Source: a virus
Reading direction: 5' to 3' (one strand)
DNA length: 64,000 bases
IMG/VR virus record: IMGVR_UViG_3300048818_000143
Location: 1 to 64,000 of that record
The position numbers were made by a program, and so were the translations under genes. Below, piece by piece: positions 18,349-27,930 of the stretch (position 1 is the first letter of the stretch; the number at the start of each line of letters is the position of its first letter). Under the pieces are notes generated by a model. That model searched no databases. It worked only from the letters and a program-made list of their open reading frames with translations, and had not been told where the DNA came from.

Positions 18349-19113
18349 CTACTTTGTGGCTGAGGGATTCGTGGCCGAACCTATACTAAACCCACCAGTC
18401 AAAGAACTGAACAAATTGCCGAACTGCTGCAATTGAGACCAAGGATATTGGTTTTGCTGCGCCGCGTTCTGTTGATTGGCATTCAAAACATTCTGCTGCT
18501 GCGTCTGCTGCGTCGTGCCGGCCGCCAGCAACTGATTCGCTCCCGTATAGAGATTCGAGGTCGTTTGCGGCAGTAACCCCAATTCCGATACCTGATTCGC
18601 GCGCTCATTCGTGTAGTTGGTTCCGTAGATGCTCGCTTCGGTGTTTCCGATATTCTGCCCGAGGCCATACTGATTCGCCGCTTGCTGCTGCAGAAAGCCC
18701 GAATTGCCCCCCAGCGATCCTGGACCTCCACCGCTCGCTCCGATTCCTTCCGCCATCAAGCCCGGCGCCGTCGCCGTGTTGTACTGATTTACCAGCCCCT
18801 GAGTCGCCGCTTGCGCCGTCTGTGCGAGCCATGGATTCGAGTTCGGGCTGAGATACTGCCCCGAGAGTGTCTGCCCAATCTGCCCGGCTCCCATGTTCGC
18901 GATACCGTTCGCCCCGCCCGTCTGCCCTTCAATCTGGCTTAGCGCCGATTGCTGGTCGGGCGTGAGGCCCGCGACCTGGTAATTCATTCCCGATGGATAA
19001 GCCGACTGGTTGTTCGCGAGGTTGGCGCCTTGCCCTAAAAAGTCTTTGGCATAAGACGCCGCCCAGGGAGGCAGGCCCTGCGTTTGATTTATGGTGCTCG
19101 GCCCGCCACTCAT
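18349..19113 (-). CDS. Gln/Asn/Gly-rich low-complexity protein, internal virion protein-like (254 aa)
   Basis: The ORF start overlaps the upstream gene stop (19110-19113). Q/N-rich composition as seen in podovirus internal proteins. Confidence 0.55.
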   Translation of the reverse strand: MSGGPSTINQTQGLPPWAASYAKDFLGQGANLANNQSAYPSGMNYQVAGLTPDQQSALSQIEGQTGGANGIANMGAGQIGQTLSGQYLSPNSNPWLAQTAQAATQGLVNQYNTATAPGLMAEGIGASGGGPGSLGGNSGFLQQQAANQYGLGQNIGNTEASIYGTNYTNERANQVSELGLLPQTTSNLYTGANQLLAAGTTQQTQQQNVLNANQQNAAQQNQYPWSQLQQFGNLFSSLTGGFSIGSATNPSATK

Positions 19114-19640
19114 AGGAGTTCCTTCCTATAATGAAGCTGGCTCAGTTTCCAGCCGCCGCGATCCAGCCCGAGATTTCTTTGACGCCTTATCCAGCCCATG
19201 CGCCCTGAGATATGTTCGATTTGAATGCACCCGCGGTCGAGCGCCAGCCCGTCAATAAGCGGCTCGACGCGCTCGAGCAGCCCCGCTTTTTCGCTGTAGC
19301 CGACCCAGATAAAGAACGTCAGCGGCGCTTGCAGAAACTCGTCGAAGGGATAGGAACTCAGCACGAACCCATCGATCGCGCCGTCCTCATCCATCACCCA
19401 ATGGAGCTCGACCGTGTTCTGGCTCGCGAGGCCCTTGATGATCGCCATCCGTATTTGTTCCGGTATCCAGGTTGCATAGGAGCGAGTCAGGCCGTTGCGC
19501 TTCTGAGCTACCAGCGCTTTCTTCTTGACGATCTCGAGCTTCGATCGCAGCCACGGCCAATGCGCGCGCAAGCCCTCGCCGTCACAACGCTTGAGAATCG
19601 GCAGCTTGACTTCTTGCGTCTGTGTATGACCGTTCTGCAT
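19110..19640 (-). CDS. hypothetical protein (176 aa), possibly acyltransferase-like
   Basis: Start at MQNGHT forms an ATGA overlap with the stop of the upstream membrane-protein gene. Soluble. No firm motif, and a GNAT-like impression only. Confidence 0.5.
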   Translation of the reverse strand: MQNGHTQTQEVKLPILKRCDGEGLRAHWPWLRSKLEIVKKKALVAQKRNGLTRSYATWIPEQIRMAIIKGLASQNTVELHWVMDEDGAIDGFVLSSYPFDEFLQAPLTFFIWVGYSEKAGLLERVEPLIDGLALDRGCIQIEHISGRMGWIRRQRNLGLDRGGWKLSQLHYRKELL

Positions 19641-20863
19641 CACGCCCATCCTAACCCTCGAATCTCCATCGTGAAAGCGACGACTAGGAAAATCGACGCG
19701 ACTATCAGTACTTTGGCAAACTGATCGATAGGTGTCTTAGCGATGAGAGCTACGAAAAACGGGAAGCTCTGAATCCAGTAGCGCGCGCCGAATTGCTCGA
19801 CTCCATTGCTCCAGACCAGCATGCACGCGCCCATCCCGAGGACGATCGCTGACCAAAGTAGGACCATCTCCACGTTCCAGAATTTTGCGCGCAGGGCCAA
19901 AAGCAGCGCTGGACTGGTAGTGAGCAGCGATTGCCCGATCGCCTGCGGCCGGATGAAGGGAACCTGCCAAGTGTAGGCTGGCCCCAGAAAGAGCGCCGTG
20001 TAGATGTTGAGCGGTAGGTAGTGAAGGCTAAAAGGCCCCCACGGGAATCTCTTGCCACCCGCTATATCTTGTGCGTACCAGATCCACATCGTCGGGTCGG
20101 TGAGACCCCCGAACCGCGCCTCGTTGAGAATCGCGTAGATTACCACCCCTAGCGCTACCACCAAAAGATAGTCGACCAAACCTCGATGCTTCCATAGGAG
20201 CCACGCCGCATAGACCGGAAGCACCAGCACGAGGTCGTTGCGCGCGAAGCAAGCGACAACCGCCCAGAGCCCGACATTCAGAGGTCGCGCCTTCCCATAA
20301 AGCTCACTGAGCACCAGGAACGTCGGAATCGTTGAGATTACCGAGCACATCCCCCACGAGGCTCCGTACGTGGCTTCGTAGAAGACTACTGTTCCGAACC
20401 CGAAAAAGAGTGTAAGCCATAGCGCATGGTGATTTTCTTTTGGGTCAGTCTTGCCGTTTGGGCGATTTTCTTCCTCGCCTTCCTGAAGCGAGTTCTCAAC
20501 TGGATGGTCGATACGCTGGCTCATTCGCCAACAAGCCGTCATTGCGAGCGCGCCATAAAAGACCGAAATTAGCGTCTGGTTGTAAAACTTCAGCGCTACG
20601 AAAGGCAGACATAAAAGCGCCGCTAGCGGCGGATGCACCGTGTAAATGAAGCCGCCGATCGTAACGTGCTCCCACGGCTGAAAAGGATTGACGCTCAGAT
20701 GCCCATGGAGCATCGAGTAGGCCAGAACGATATGCTCGTTGTGCTGGCTCGGCGGCCCCATGCAGAGCCAATAGGCGAGTAGCGCCAGCATGAAAATGGC
20801 AGCGGTTTTCAATTTCAGCACGTCCCGCCGGTTAAAAGGCCCGCAGTGAAAATCTCGGTACAC
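19640..20863 (-). CDS. polytopic membrane protein, GT-C-type glycosyltransferase-like (alternatively Wzy/ligase-like)
   Basis: About 400 aa with roughly 9-11 hydrophobic helices. It has an HPPL element after the first loop and a C-terminal GVEQFGARYW element, as in ArnT/PMT-like enzymes. Embedded in the fibre gene block. Alternative GTG start at 20821 (GTGCTGA overlap with the upstream stop). Confidence 0.5.
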   Translation of the reverse strand: MYRDFHCGPFNRRDVLKLKTAAIFMLALLAYWLCMGPPSQHNEHIVLAYSMLHGHLSVNPFQPWEHVTIGGFIYTVHPPLAALLCLPFVALKFYNQTLISVFYGALAMTACWRMSQRIDHPVENSLQEGEEENRPNGKTDPKENHHALWLTLFFGFGTVVFYEATYGASWGMCSVISTIPTFLVLSELYGKARPLNVGLWAVVACFARNDLVLVLPVYAAWLLWKHRGLVDYLLVVALGVVIYAILNEARFGGLTDPTMWIWYAQDIAGGKRFPWGPFSLHYLPLNIYTALFLGPAYTWQVPFIRPQAIGQSLLTTSPALLLALRAKFWNVEMVLLWSAIVLGMGACMLVWSNGVEQFGARYWIQSFPFFVALIAKTPIDQFAKVLIVASIFLVVAFTMEIRGLGWA

Positions 20864-21615
20864 CAGCCGTGCGTGCCATAAACCGTCTTCGTGACCGACG
20901 CCCCGACACTCGATCCGCTCTTAAAACTCGCAGCCTTGACCGACGCCGAGGTGCAGAAGTCGCCCGTAGGTTTGAGTGTTGCCTTTCCGTGCAGGTCAAT
21001 AACATTCTCGTTGTTAGATGCAAACCAAGATGGATCGGTATAGAGGCCCGTGTGCAACATCCCCGCGTTACCGCCGAGTTGCAGCCCTACAGTGATAGGG
21101 CGCCCCCACCCGTTGATTAACAAACCGTAGGTCGTGTTCCACATTCCGTTCAAAGGCTGATCGACGCCGCTGTAATCTTCTACGTCGATTTCGTGCCCGA
21201 CCAGCAACGAAGGTTGCGTCGCGTAGGCATCTGAGATGAGCGCCCAGCAAAGCGCACCGTGCGCGTAACACGCAGACTGAATGAAAGCTCCGAGCGCCGC
21301 TCTTTCGATACCTGGAAAGACTGAAGAGTCGAAGGTTGCCGTCGATACAAATAGGCCGCCTTTCTCATAGCCTGTCGGTGAGTTTGTCGAGTTGATCAGA
21401 TTCTGAATCTCGAATCCCCACTCGTTCCCTAGTCCATTCATCTCAATGAAGAAGCGATTGTGCGCGGAATCCCATGCGGGCGGGTTGAACGGTGCTGCGT
21501 TAGTATCGTTTACCTCTATCCCTGCGGCAGAACCGCTTTGAAGCAGGAACGGTGCGGCCCATCCTATCGAAGGCACCAAGAGCAGCGCGAGGCAGGATAT
21601 GGCGGCGCTTTTCAT
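20815..21615 (-). CDS. secreted Cys-containing protein (266 aa)
   Basis: Start at MKSAAISCLALLLVPSIGWA/AP (Sec-like), 1 nt after the upstream stop. Six cysteines, including a C-terminal ..WCTEIFTAGLLTGGTC. Confidence 0.6.
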   Translation of the reverse strand: MKSAAISCLALLLVPSIGWAAPFLLQSGSAAGIEVNDTNAAPFNPPAWDSAHNRFFIEMNGLGNEWGFEIQNLINSTNSPTGYEKGGLFVSTATFDSSVFPGIERAALGAFIQSACYAHGALCWALISDAYATQPSLLVGHEIDVEDYSGVDQPLNGMWNTTYGLLINGWGRPITVGLQLGGNAGMLHTGLYTDPSWFASNNENVIDLHGKATLKPTGDFCTSASVKAASFKSGSSVGASVTKTVYGTHGWCTEIFTAGLLTGGTC

Positions 21616-21616
21616 C

Positions 21617-22387
21617 TTACATGCATACCCAATTGAATTTATCATTAGCCGCGCTGACGAAATCAATGACACAGGTTGAGGTTCCGCACGCGCCAACACT
21701 CACAGTCTTTGGAGCAATGTTAGCCCCAGCGTCATCGAATACACAAAATGGCGATTGCCCCCAGACGCCAGCCGCCGACCAAGTGATCGTACAGGTCGTA
21801 GCGAGCGCGGTCTGGGTAGTAAGTTGGCCACGATTATTAGTGCTACCTGTTGTGACCGATGAGCCAGCACCGTTGCAACCGGCCGACAGGGTCGGGGCGG
21901 CGCCGCCAGTAGACGAAAAGGTGTTGCCATTGCCGAGCGTCACGTCACCCGCGGCGCTGATGAGTATGCGCTGCGTGTTGTTGGTATCGAAAGTCATCGT
22001 GGCGCTGGCTACTTCATCGAACGCCATGCCACCAGTGGCGTTGGACCCGAAGAAGATATTATCCCCGACTCCGGTACTGTTCAGTTGCATCAGGAAATAG
22101 TGGTTAGCGTCGTTCAGGAACTCGAAGCCAGTCTGCGCTGCGTTTCCGTTGCTGAGATTTTGCGCAAGCAGAAAGGTCACGGAGGAATTGACGTTAGCGG
22201 ACTGTTGTATCGAGCCCGACTGCGCAGGCGCCGCTATCCCAACCCCGATCGAATTACAATTCGGTGTAACGCCGCCCGGACAATTCGCGCTGTTGGTTGC
22301 GATGGCCGCGTCTCCAGCGTGAACTACCTGCCACGCGGAGGCCCCGATCAGCAGACCGGCCATGAGCGCCGCTATAATCCGATTCAT
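21617..22387 (-). CDS. secreted fibre-like protein (256 aa)
   Basis: Signal-like MNRIIAALMAGLLIGASAWQVVHA/GD. Gly/Asn/Thr-rich fibre-like middle (SIGVGIAAPAQSGSI...) and a Cys-rich C-terminal domain. Confidence 0.6.
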   Translation of the reverse strand: MNRIIAALMAGLLIGASAWQVVHAGDAAIATNSANCPGGVTPNCNSIGVGIAAPAQSGSIQQSANVNSSVTFLLAQNLSNGNAAQTGFEFLNDANHYFLMQLNSTGVGDNIFFGSNATGGMAFDEVASATMTFDTNNTQRILISAAGDVTLGNGNTFSSTGGAAPTLSAGCNGAGSSVTTGSTNNRGQLTTQTALATTCTITWSAAGVWGQSPFCVFDDAGANIAPKTVSVGACGTSTCVIDFVSAANDKFNWVCM

Positions 22388-24012
22388 TTGAAACTACTCT
22401 CGAACCAACAATTCGCGCTCGCCGTCCACGACCCACACGAGGTCGAAGAACAAAGCCACACTATCCCATTTGAGAAATTCATGGGCGGATCGATGCCCTC
22501 TATCACACTCTGCTTGGACCCTATCGTAAAGCAGTGCTCTGGGGCGACCGCGGTCGCCGTCGCTCCCGGCGTTCCCGCCGTGTTCATCGCCATCGCCCAA
22601 AGCTGAGTCGTGCCCTCATTCGTAACCGTATAGTGATAGAGATTGCCCGCGCTGGTTTTCGCTACCCAGCTATTCACGTTGTCTGCGCTGGTCGTCGGGA
22701 GCACCGCTACCGGTGCCGTTCCTGTCGGATTCGGAATCATCGCCACGGGCGTAATCAGCAAGACTGCTGGCGTATTGTTGATAGATACCGAACCTTGAAT
22801 CGCCGGCGTGTTATTTATCGAGACGCTGCCTTGAATCGCAGGGGTATTGTTAATCGAAACCGACCCCTGGATTGCAGGAGTATTCTGAATCCATGCCGCC
22901 GCGTTGATCGTCGAGGTCGCCACAAAGACCGTGTGCGCCCCGACCTGCACCGTTCCTTGGACCCAAGTCGTAGGAACCGTCACGAACACCGTGCCCGGCT
23001 GCACTCCTATCGTGGGCAGCGAAACGGGGATGGTCGCACCTGGGTAAGTCAGCGCACTGATCGTGCCCTGTACCCACGTTGTAGGAACAGTAACCACTAC
23101 CGTGCCCGGCTGTACCCCAATGGTCGGGACAGAAACAGCGATGGTAGAAAGCGCCTGCACGTTCACCGTGGCCTGCGAAGCGTTCACATTCATGAACATA
23201 TTGGCCGATCCCGTGGCTATGGGGATTGGTGACTGACTCGGATTGTTGACGAAAACGGTGCCCCCGCCTCCGCTTCCCGCCGGAACGCCCGTCACGTAAA
23301 CGGTATTCTGCACCCAAGCTGCCACATTCAAAGTCGAAGTCGCCACTTGGACGGTATTTTGGACCGCTACACCCGGCGTGTTCTTCACGTTCACGTCGTA
23401 ACTTTGAGTCGGAATGGCGATGATGCCAGCGGTATTTATGGCGACACCTATCGTTGGCACCGACACTGGAATCGTCGCACCGGCCTGCACGTTCACGAAA
23501 AAGTTTGCTGAGCCCGTCGCTATAGGAATCGGCGACTGGTTGGGGTTGTTTACAAAGACGGTTCCCCCGCTCACTGCACCAGCGACGATATTGACGTTCA
23601 CGGTCCCTGTCACGATCATCGAGGGCATCGAAACTACCGCGACACCCGCCGTATTACTGATAAAAACCGTTCCACCACCACCGCCGCCTGCTGGAACTCC
23701 TGTCACATAGACTGTGTTCTGTACGAGCACGCCTGGAGTGTTCTGAATTCCTACGCTGAAAGTCCCTGAAGTCGGATAGACTCCCTGCCCTCCGGTCGCA
23801 GGAATGTAGCCTTGCGCTAAGACTTCAGCTTCGTGATGATCGAACAGTTCTTTGAACGCAGACCACCAACTCCGATCGTGCGCGAGCATGGATACCGAGC
23901 TTGGCCCTCGTCCGCCTCCTTCCATTGGATCTGGCGCGTTCGACATCGAAAGCACCAAGAAGACCAGCAGCAGCGTTAAGGTCGGTATGAGATATTTCGC
24001 GTGCGACTTCAT
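22384..24012 (-). CDS. repeat-rich fibre-like protein with N-terminal signal-anchor (542 aa)
   Basis: Start [23 protein letters not shown] forms an ATGA overlap with the upstream stop. Internal duplicated modules are present (QNTVYVTGVPAG.GGGGTVF, SPIPIATGSAN.F.NV, PTIGVQPGTV.VTVPTTWVQGT). There are three perfect TPAIQGSVSINN repeats and a Cys-rich C-terminus. Confidence 0.65.
   Translation of the reverse strand: MKSHAKYLIPTLTLLLVFLVLSMSNAPDPMEGGGRGPSSVSMLAHDRSWWSAFKELFDHHEAEVLAQGYIPATGGQGVYPTSGTFSVGIQNTPGVLVQNTVYVTGVPAGGGGGGTVFISNTAGVAVVSMPSMIVTGTVNVNIVAGAVSGGTVFVNNPNQSPIPIATGSANFFVNVQAGATIPVSVPTIGVAINTAGIIAIPTQSYDVNVKNTPGVAVQNTVQVATSTLNVAAWVQNTVYVTGVPAGSGGGGTVFVNNPSQSPIPIATGSANMFMNVNASQATVNVQALSTIAVSVPTIGVQPGTVVVTVPTTWVQGTISALTYPGATIPVSLPTIGVQPGTVFVTVPTTWVQGTVQVGAHTVFVATSTINAAAWIQNTPAIQGSVSINNTPAIQGSVSINNTPAIQGSVSINNTPAVLLITPVAMIPNPTGTAPVAVLPTTSADNVNSWVAKTSAGNLYHYTVTNEGTTQLWAMAMNTAGTPGATATAVAPEHCFTIGSKQSVIEGIDPPMNFSNGIVWLCSSTSCGSWTASANCWFESSFK
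22774..22881 (-). repeat. 3 x 36-nt tandem coding repeat (TPAIQGSVSINN x3), identical in protein but diverged at synonymous sites
   Basis: Units are at 22774-22809, 22810-22845 and 22846-22881. All three translate to the same 12 aa, while every one of the 12 codon positions uses at least two different synonymous codons across the units. Confidence 0.9.
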
Positions 24013-24872
24013 CAAATATCCCACGCCCCGGCTGCGCCATCCAAGAAGTCGAGCTCCATATACCCGCGCGTCATAATAGCCGCGCTATTCGCGCCATCGA
24101 TCGTGTCGGTTCCATTGGGCGTCGCTTGAACAAAGTGCGCGCCGTTATCGATGCGCTTGATAGACACCTTAAAACCGCTCCCGATTGCGGCAGGGAAGTT
24201 CACTATGAAGTCCGCGCCCGCGGGCGTCGGGACTCGAAGCCAGAGGTCTGCTGTTAATGGAGCGACTGTGTAGGGCGTCTGCCCGGTCGTAAGAGTAATA
24301 ACCGTCCGGCCTGTGCCCGACGATCCCGCTGGTCCCTGCGGCCCTATTGCACCTTGCGGACCTGCTGGCCCTTGCGCGCCATCTTTGCCGGCCGCCCCGG
24401 CTGGTCCCGCTGGTCCGACAGGCCCGGGCGTTCCTTGGCCCGTTTCGGGAAACCATTTCTCCTCGATCTGATCGTAGGTCAGGGTTATTAGCTGCCCCGG
24501 CGTAAATGGCCCGGCGGCGAGCCCTATGTTTCCGCCCGTCCCCAAACTGAAAGCGCCGTCTGCTACGAGAAAAACTGGTCCTGAAAACTGGCTCGGCGGC
24601 AGAATCTCCGTCACCGTCCCCGTGCCCGTTACGTGGTGGTTCGGGTTCGTGAGCATCAGTGTGCCCGATCTCGAATCCAGCGCATCGCCGAAGGTCTGGA
24701 CCTGTGAATTTATTTGGTCCTGGATATTCCCGAAGATCGTATTTAGGCTGTTCGTCAGGTCGCGCGCCCAAGTGAAAAGCACGCGCACGGCCTCTCGTAG
24801 CCCCGCGTACTTCGAAGTCTCGCCCGAAGTCGGCGGATTGGGAATCGAGATGTTTGCGAGCGGCTGATTCAT
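24012..24872 (-). CDS. collagen-like tail fibre protein (286 aa)
   Basis: About 14 uninterrupted G-X-Y triplets ([42 protein letters not shown]) encoded at nt ~24309-24440, flanked by globular domains. The overlapping 235-aa ORF in another frame is Arg-rich noise. Confidence 0.7.
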   Translation of the reverse strand: MNQPLANISIPNPPTSGETSKYAGLREAVRVLFTWARDLTNSLNTIFGNIQDQINSQVQTFGDALDSRSGTLMLTNPNHHVTGTGTVTEILPPSQFSGPVFLVADGAFSLGTGGNIGLAAGPFTPGQLITLTYDQIEEKWFPETGQGTPGPVGPAGPAGAAGKDGAQGPAGPQGAIGPQGPAGSSGTGRTVITLTTGQTPYTVAPLTADLWLRVPTPAGADFIVNFPAAIGSGFKVSIKRIDNGAHFVQATPNGTDTIDGANSAAIMTRGYMELDFLDGAAGAWDI

Positions 24873-24879
24873 TCATAGG

Positions 24880-25368
24880 TCACTGTTGGACGTAGGTCAG
24901 GACTCCCTGCACATTCGCCGAGCCACCCGTGATCGTCAGGCATAGCGCCTGCGGCAGTGAATGCGTCGCCACCGAGAGCGGCACCGCTATTCCAGGCTGA
25001 TTGATTTCCAGAAACGGCGCGTTCATCGCTCCGGTCAAGGCGGTCGGGGTGCTACACGTATCTCCCGCATAGCCAAGTTGAATCCCCGGCGTCGATCCCG
25101 TTTCCGTCACGAAAAGCCCGCACACGTAAATCTTCTGCTGTGGCACGATGCCCGTATTCGGATTCGGCGAAGGCGTCGCCACCGCCAACAGCACCGTTGC
25201 CGAAGTGACTGATATCGGCGTCGAGTTCTTGTAGACCTGCGGATTGAGGCAGGGTTCCTGCGACGGGTTGAATTGCCCGGCGCCGAGCCCCACAAGGAAG
25301 ATCGCGACTAAGCCGAAAAGCGCCGCTATTCTAAGTTCAATTTTCTCCACTGAAAGAAACCTCCGCAT
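24880..25368 (-). CDS. small membrane-anchored/secreted Cys-containing protein, paralog family member (162 aa)
   Basis: Hydrophobic N-terminus (IAALFGLVAIFLVGLGAG). Shares the pattern PC...K...SAT...[KQ][KQ]IY[VI]C...TP..L.Y....C.T...C....TYV with 27931-28440. Confidence 0.55.
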   Translation of the reverse strand: MRRFLSVEKIELRIAALFGLVAIFLVGLGAGQFNPSQEPCLNPQVYKNSTPISVTSATVLLAVATPSPNPNTGIVPQQKIYVCGLFVTETGSTPGIQLGYAGDTCSTPTALTGAMNAPFLEINQPGIAVPLSVATHSLPQALCLTITGGSANVQGVLTYVQQ

Positions 25369-26896
25369 CTATGTCGGCCAACTCCCCGTCTGCCAGCCAC
25401 ATCATTTTGAGCCGCTGCAATCGATCTGTGCTCACGAAATCGAAGTATCCCGAATCGCTGATATCGACGTTTCCCTGCTTCGCGATCGGCGTCTGTCCTG
25501 CCACGTAGGTACTGAGAACCGTCAGCTTGGCTGGCGAGGCCAGCGGCTGCCCCTGCGGGTACTGATTAAATCCTGGGCGCGCGCGCGACAGCGAATAGAG
25601 ACTCACCTTGTCGCCGATATCGCCCGTAATTATGAACGCTGGAATGTTCGAGATATCGGCGCCATTGAGCGCCTGCAGAACGTGGCTCGTGTCGACGTAG
25701 CCCGAAAGCCCAATCGAACTCCCCCCAAAGAACGGCGCTCCGTAAACTCCCCTCGGATCCGGGGAGCCTGGAATGTTCACATACTTGACCCAATAATTCT
25801 CGAATTCCGCCCAAGTGTAGGCCCACGATTTGGGAATCTGCCCGACCAGCGGCGTGTCGATGGTATTGCGCCCATGCAGCCATTTTCCGGTCGCCAGCGA
25901 GAGCGACAAATACGAATCTAAAGTTCCCGCCGGGTTCGCATTCACCGATGGATACCAGAAGATCACCTGGTTCCTCGGCAAGTCCCATTGCAGGAAGATG
26001 CTCGACGAATAATTCTGGTCGAGATCCCCGTTGCCCTGGTAGCTCCCGAAAAACCAGCGCGAGAGATTATTCGGAATCGTGCTGAGGCTGTAGCCGTCGA
26101 ACGTGTAGAAGTCGCTAGGACCGACGAATATCTGGATAGGCCCGCCACCGAAAATTGTCGGTCCGATCACGCTGATAACGGAATTCGGCCCCGGCGTCCC
26201 TATCTTGTCCGAAACCTTGCCGAAATTCCAAAAGAACGGTGGACTCCCCGACCACTGGCCCGAGTAAAGCGCATTCGCCTTGTAGAGAGTGATGCCAGAG
26301 CGCAGCGCCTTCGCTGCCGTAATTATGCCAGGCGTCGAGGTCAGCGCTCCAGTTACCGTGATGGTCGCCAACGAGGGCGTCCAAATCGTATCGTTGAAGG
26401 TGTAAACGAACTCGTTCGAGTCGGCGAGGATCGCGAACAGCGTGAAGTCCGTCGCTTCCACGATCGAAGATACCGGCGGCATCCCCGGCAGCGCTTCGAA
26501 GTTGTTCCCGCTGCTCGATACTTGAATCGGGTCAACGCCATTGGTCGCCAGTAGGTCATTCCCGTAGACCGTGAAGTACCACGTGTTTGTAAGATTGCGC
26601 AGCGTGAGATTCTGATTTACGAGATTGCCGCCTGGCGTCTGGTAGAGCTGATTCGCCGTCGCCAGCACAAGCACAAACTCGCCGCCCAATGGCGTCGCAA
26701 ACGCGCCCGTAACTTTGAAGGGCAACGCGGTCATCACCGGCAATGGTGACGGCATGTTCCTAAAACCGCCGCGAGTCGAGTAACACCATTGCGAATCAGT
26801 CAAAATCGCTTGGACTGCGGGCGGAATCCGCTCACCTAAAAGCCCTGCTATTACGGGATCTAGATCGGGTGCGAAATCTCCGAGCACCAAGCGCAT
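25337..26896 (-). CDS. tail structural protein (nozzle / tail-tubular-B-like by position, 519 aa)
   Basis: Start at MRLVLGDFAPDLDP just after the upstream stop. A large soluble beta-rich protein following an adaptor-like gene. No specific motif. Confidence 0.5.
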   Translation of the reverse strand: MRLVLGDFAPDLDPVIAGLLGERIPPAVQAILTDSQWCYSTRGGFRNMPSPLPVMTALPFKVTGAFATPLGGEFVLVLATANQLYQTPGGNLVNQNLTLRNLTNTWYFTVYGNDLLATNGVDPIQVSSSGNNFEALPGMPPVSSIVEATDFTLFAILADSNEFVYTFNDTIWTPSLATITVTGALTSTPGIITAAKALRSGITLYKANALYSGQWSGSPPFFWNFGKVSDKIGTPGPNSVISVIGPTIFGGGPIQIFVGPSDFYTFDGYSLSTIPNNLSRWFFGSYQGNGDLDQNYSSSIFLQWDLPRNQVIFWYPSVNANPAGTLDSYLSLSLATGKWLHGRNTIDTPLVGQIPKSWAYTWAEFENYWVKYVNIPGSPDPRGVYGAPFFGGSSIGLSGYVDTSHVLQALNGADISNIPAFIITGDIGDKVSLYSLSRARPGFNQYPQGQPLASPAKLTVLSTYVAGQTPIAKQGNVDISDSGYFDFVSTDRLQRLKMMWLADGELADIDAEVSFSGEN

Positions 26897-26897
26897 T

Positions 26898-27728
26898 TTA
26901 CAAATATCCTCGGAGAACAAGCGGCTTATCGAGGTCCAGTGTGGCCTTCATCAGACGGTATTTTTCCCTGTCTACTATCCCTCGAAATGGCGTTTTCTTT
27001 GGTTCCGGCCAATTGATGTACGTGTCGGCGAGCTCCAGTACCGTCGCCGCGATGATCAACTTGCTCGCGTCTTCCGTCCAGAAATTATCGTCTGCGTCAA
27101 TCAAGGGCGCGGCCGGCGCCGCGTTGCCGGTTATCTCCAAGGGGTACGCCTGGTCCGGAGTCAGGTAGAGCCGCAGCCGCGTTCCGAACTGCGCATATGC
27201 GTATGGCGGCCCTGCGTTCGGTGGGCTTAGCGGATCCGCCAAAAGCACGTCGTTGTAGTTGGCCTTATCAAGATCGAGCCAGACACCGCCTCCATATGTG
27301 ATTGTAGTGCCCGATGGGACCAGATCGATGCCGCCCGTGCATCCAGTCAGGTTGAGGCCCGAAATGCCCGTATAGCTCACCGGGAAGCCCAGAATGAGTA
27401 CTGTCCCCTTGAGAGGGAAGTTCGTTACAGATGAAAGCGGAATCGTCGCGGCTGGCAGAGTAACCGATGCCGTCGTCTGCGCCTGAAGTCCGTTGAGGCC
27501 ACCCAACAGAAACCGCACCATCTTGACGTTGCGAATTCCATTGGGGAGGTCGAGCCACGCCGTTCCGGGCGTGCAAACTAGCGATGTGTCGGTTACGTCA
27601 GAGCTGTACCAGAAGAAGTTCTGGAAGAACTGGATTCGGTCCTGAGACTCATCGTAGATGATCTGGGAGAGGTCGGTTCGGTTCCCGCATCGCTGAGCGA
27701 CTCGCGCTTGAAGGGTCGCGTAATCCAT
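26898..27728 (-). CDS. head-tail adaptor / tail-tubular-A-like protein (276 aa)
   Basis: The N-terminal MDYATLQARVAQRCGNRTDL and the later YLTPDQAYPLEITG pattern resemble phage adaptor/neck families. Position is downstream of the capsid block. Confidence 0.45.
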   Translation of the reverse strand: MDYATLQARVAQRCGNRTDLSQIIYDESQDRIQFFQNFFWYSSDVTDTSLVCTPGTAWLDLPNGIRNVKMVRFLLGGLNGLQAQTTASVTLPAATIPLSSVTNFPLKGTVLILGFPVSYTGISGLNLTGCTGGIDLVPSGTTITYGGGVWLDLDKANYNDVLLADPLSPPNAGPPYAYAQFGTRLRLYLTPDQAYPLEITGNAAPAAPLIDADDNFWTEDASKLIIAATVLELADTYINWPEPKKTPFRGIVDREKYRLMKATLDLDKPLVLRGYL

Positions 27729-27745
27729 TAACCGGCCTCATGGCG

Positions 27746-27919
27746 TCAGCCCACAAACTTCATCGTATCCGGCTGAGCCTTCTTCTTCGGATTCCAGTGC
27801 TGGCTCCCGCCTAGATACTTCGGAGTCTCCCCAAGCAGGGGAAACTCCTTGCCAAGCTCCTCGTGCATCTCGCCGTCGCTCATCTTCTGAGCCGGCGCTT
27901 CTAGGACTTTTTCAGCCAT
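27746..27919 (-). CDS. small hypothetical protein (57 aa)
   Basis: Internal ATG of the 27746-28144 ORF (MAEKVLEAPAQK...). It has GAGGTG 5 nt upstream and begins 9 nt after the stop of the upstream gene. The longer 132-aa version is Arg-rich and overlaps that gene. Confidence 0.45.
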   Translation of the reverse strand: MAEKVLEAPAQKMSDGEMHEELGKEFPLLGETPKYLGGSQHWNPKKKAQPDTMKFVG

Positions 27920-27930
27920 TACGGCACCTC

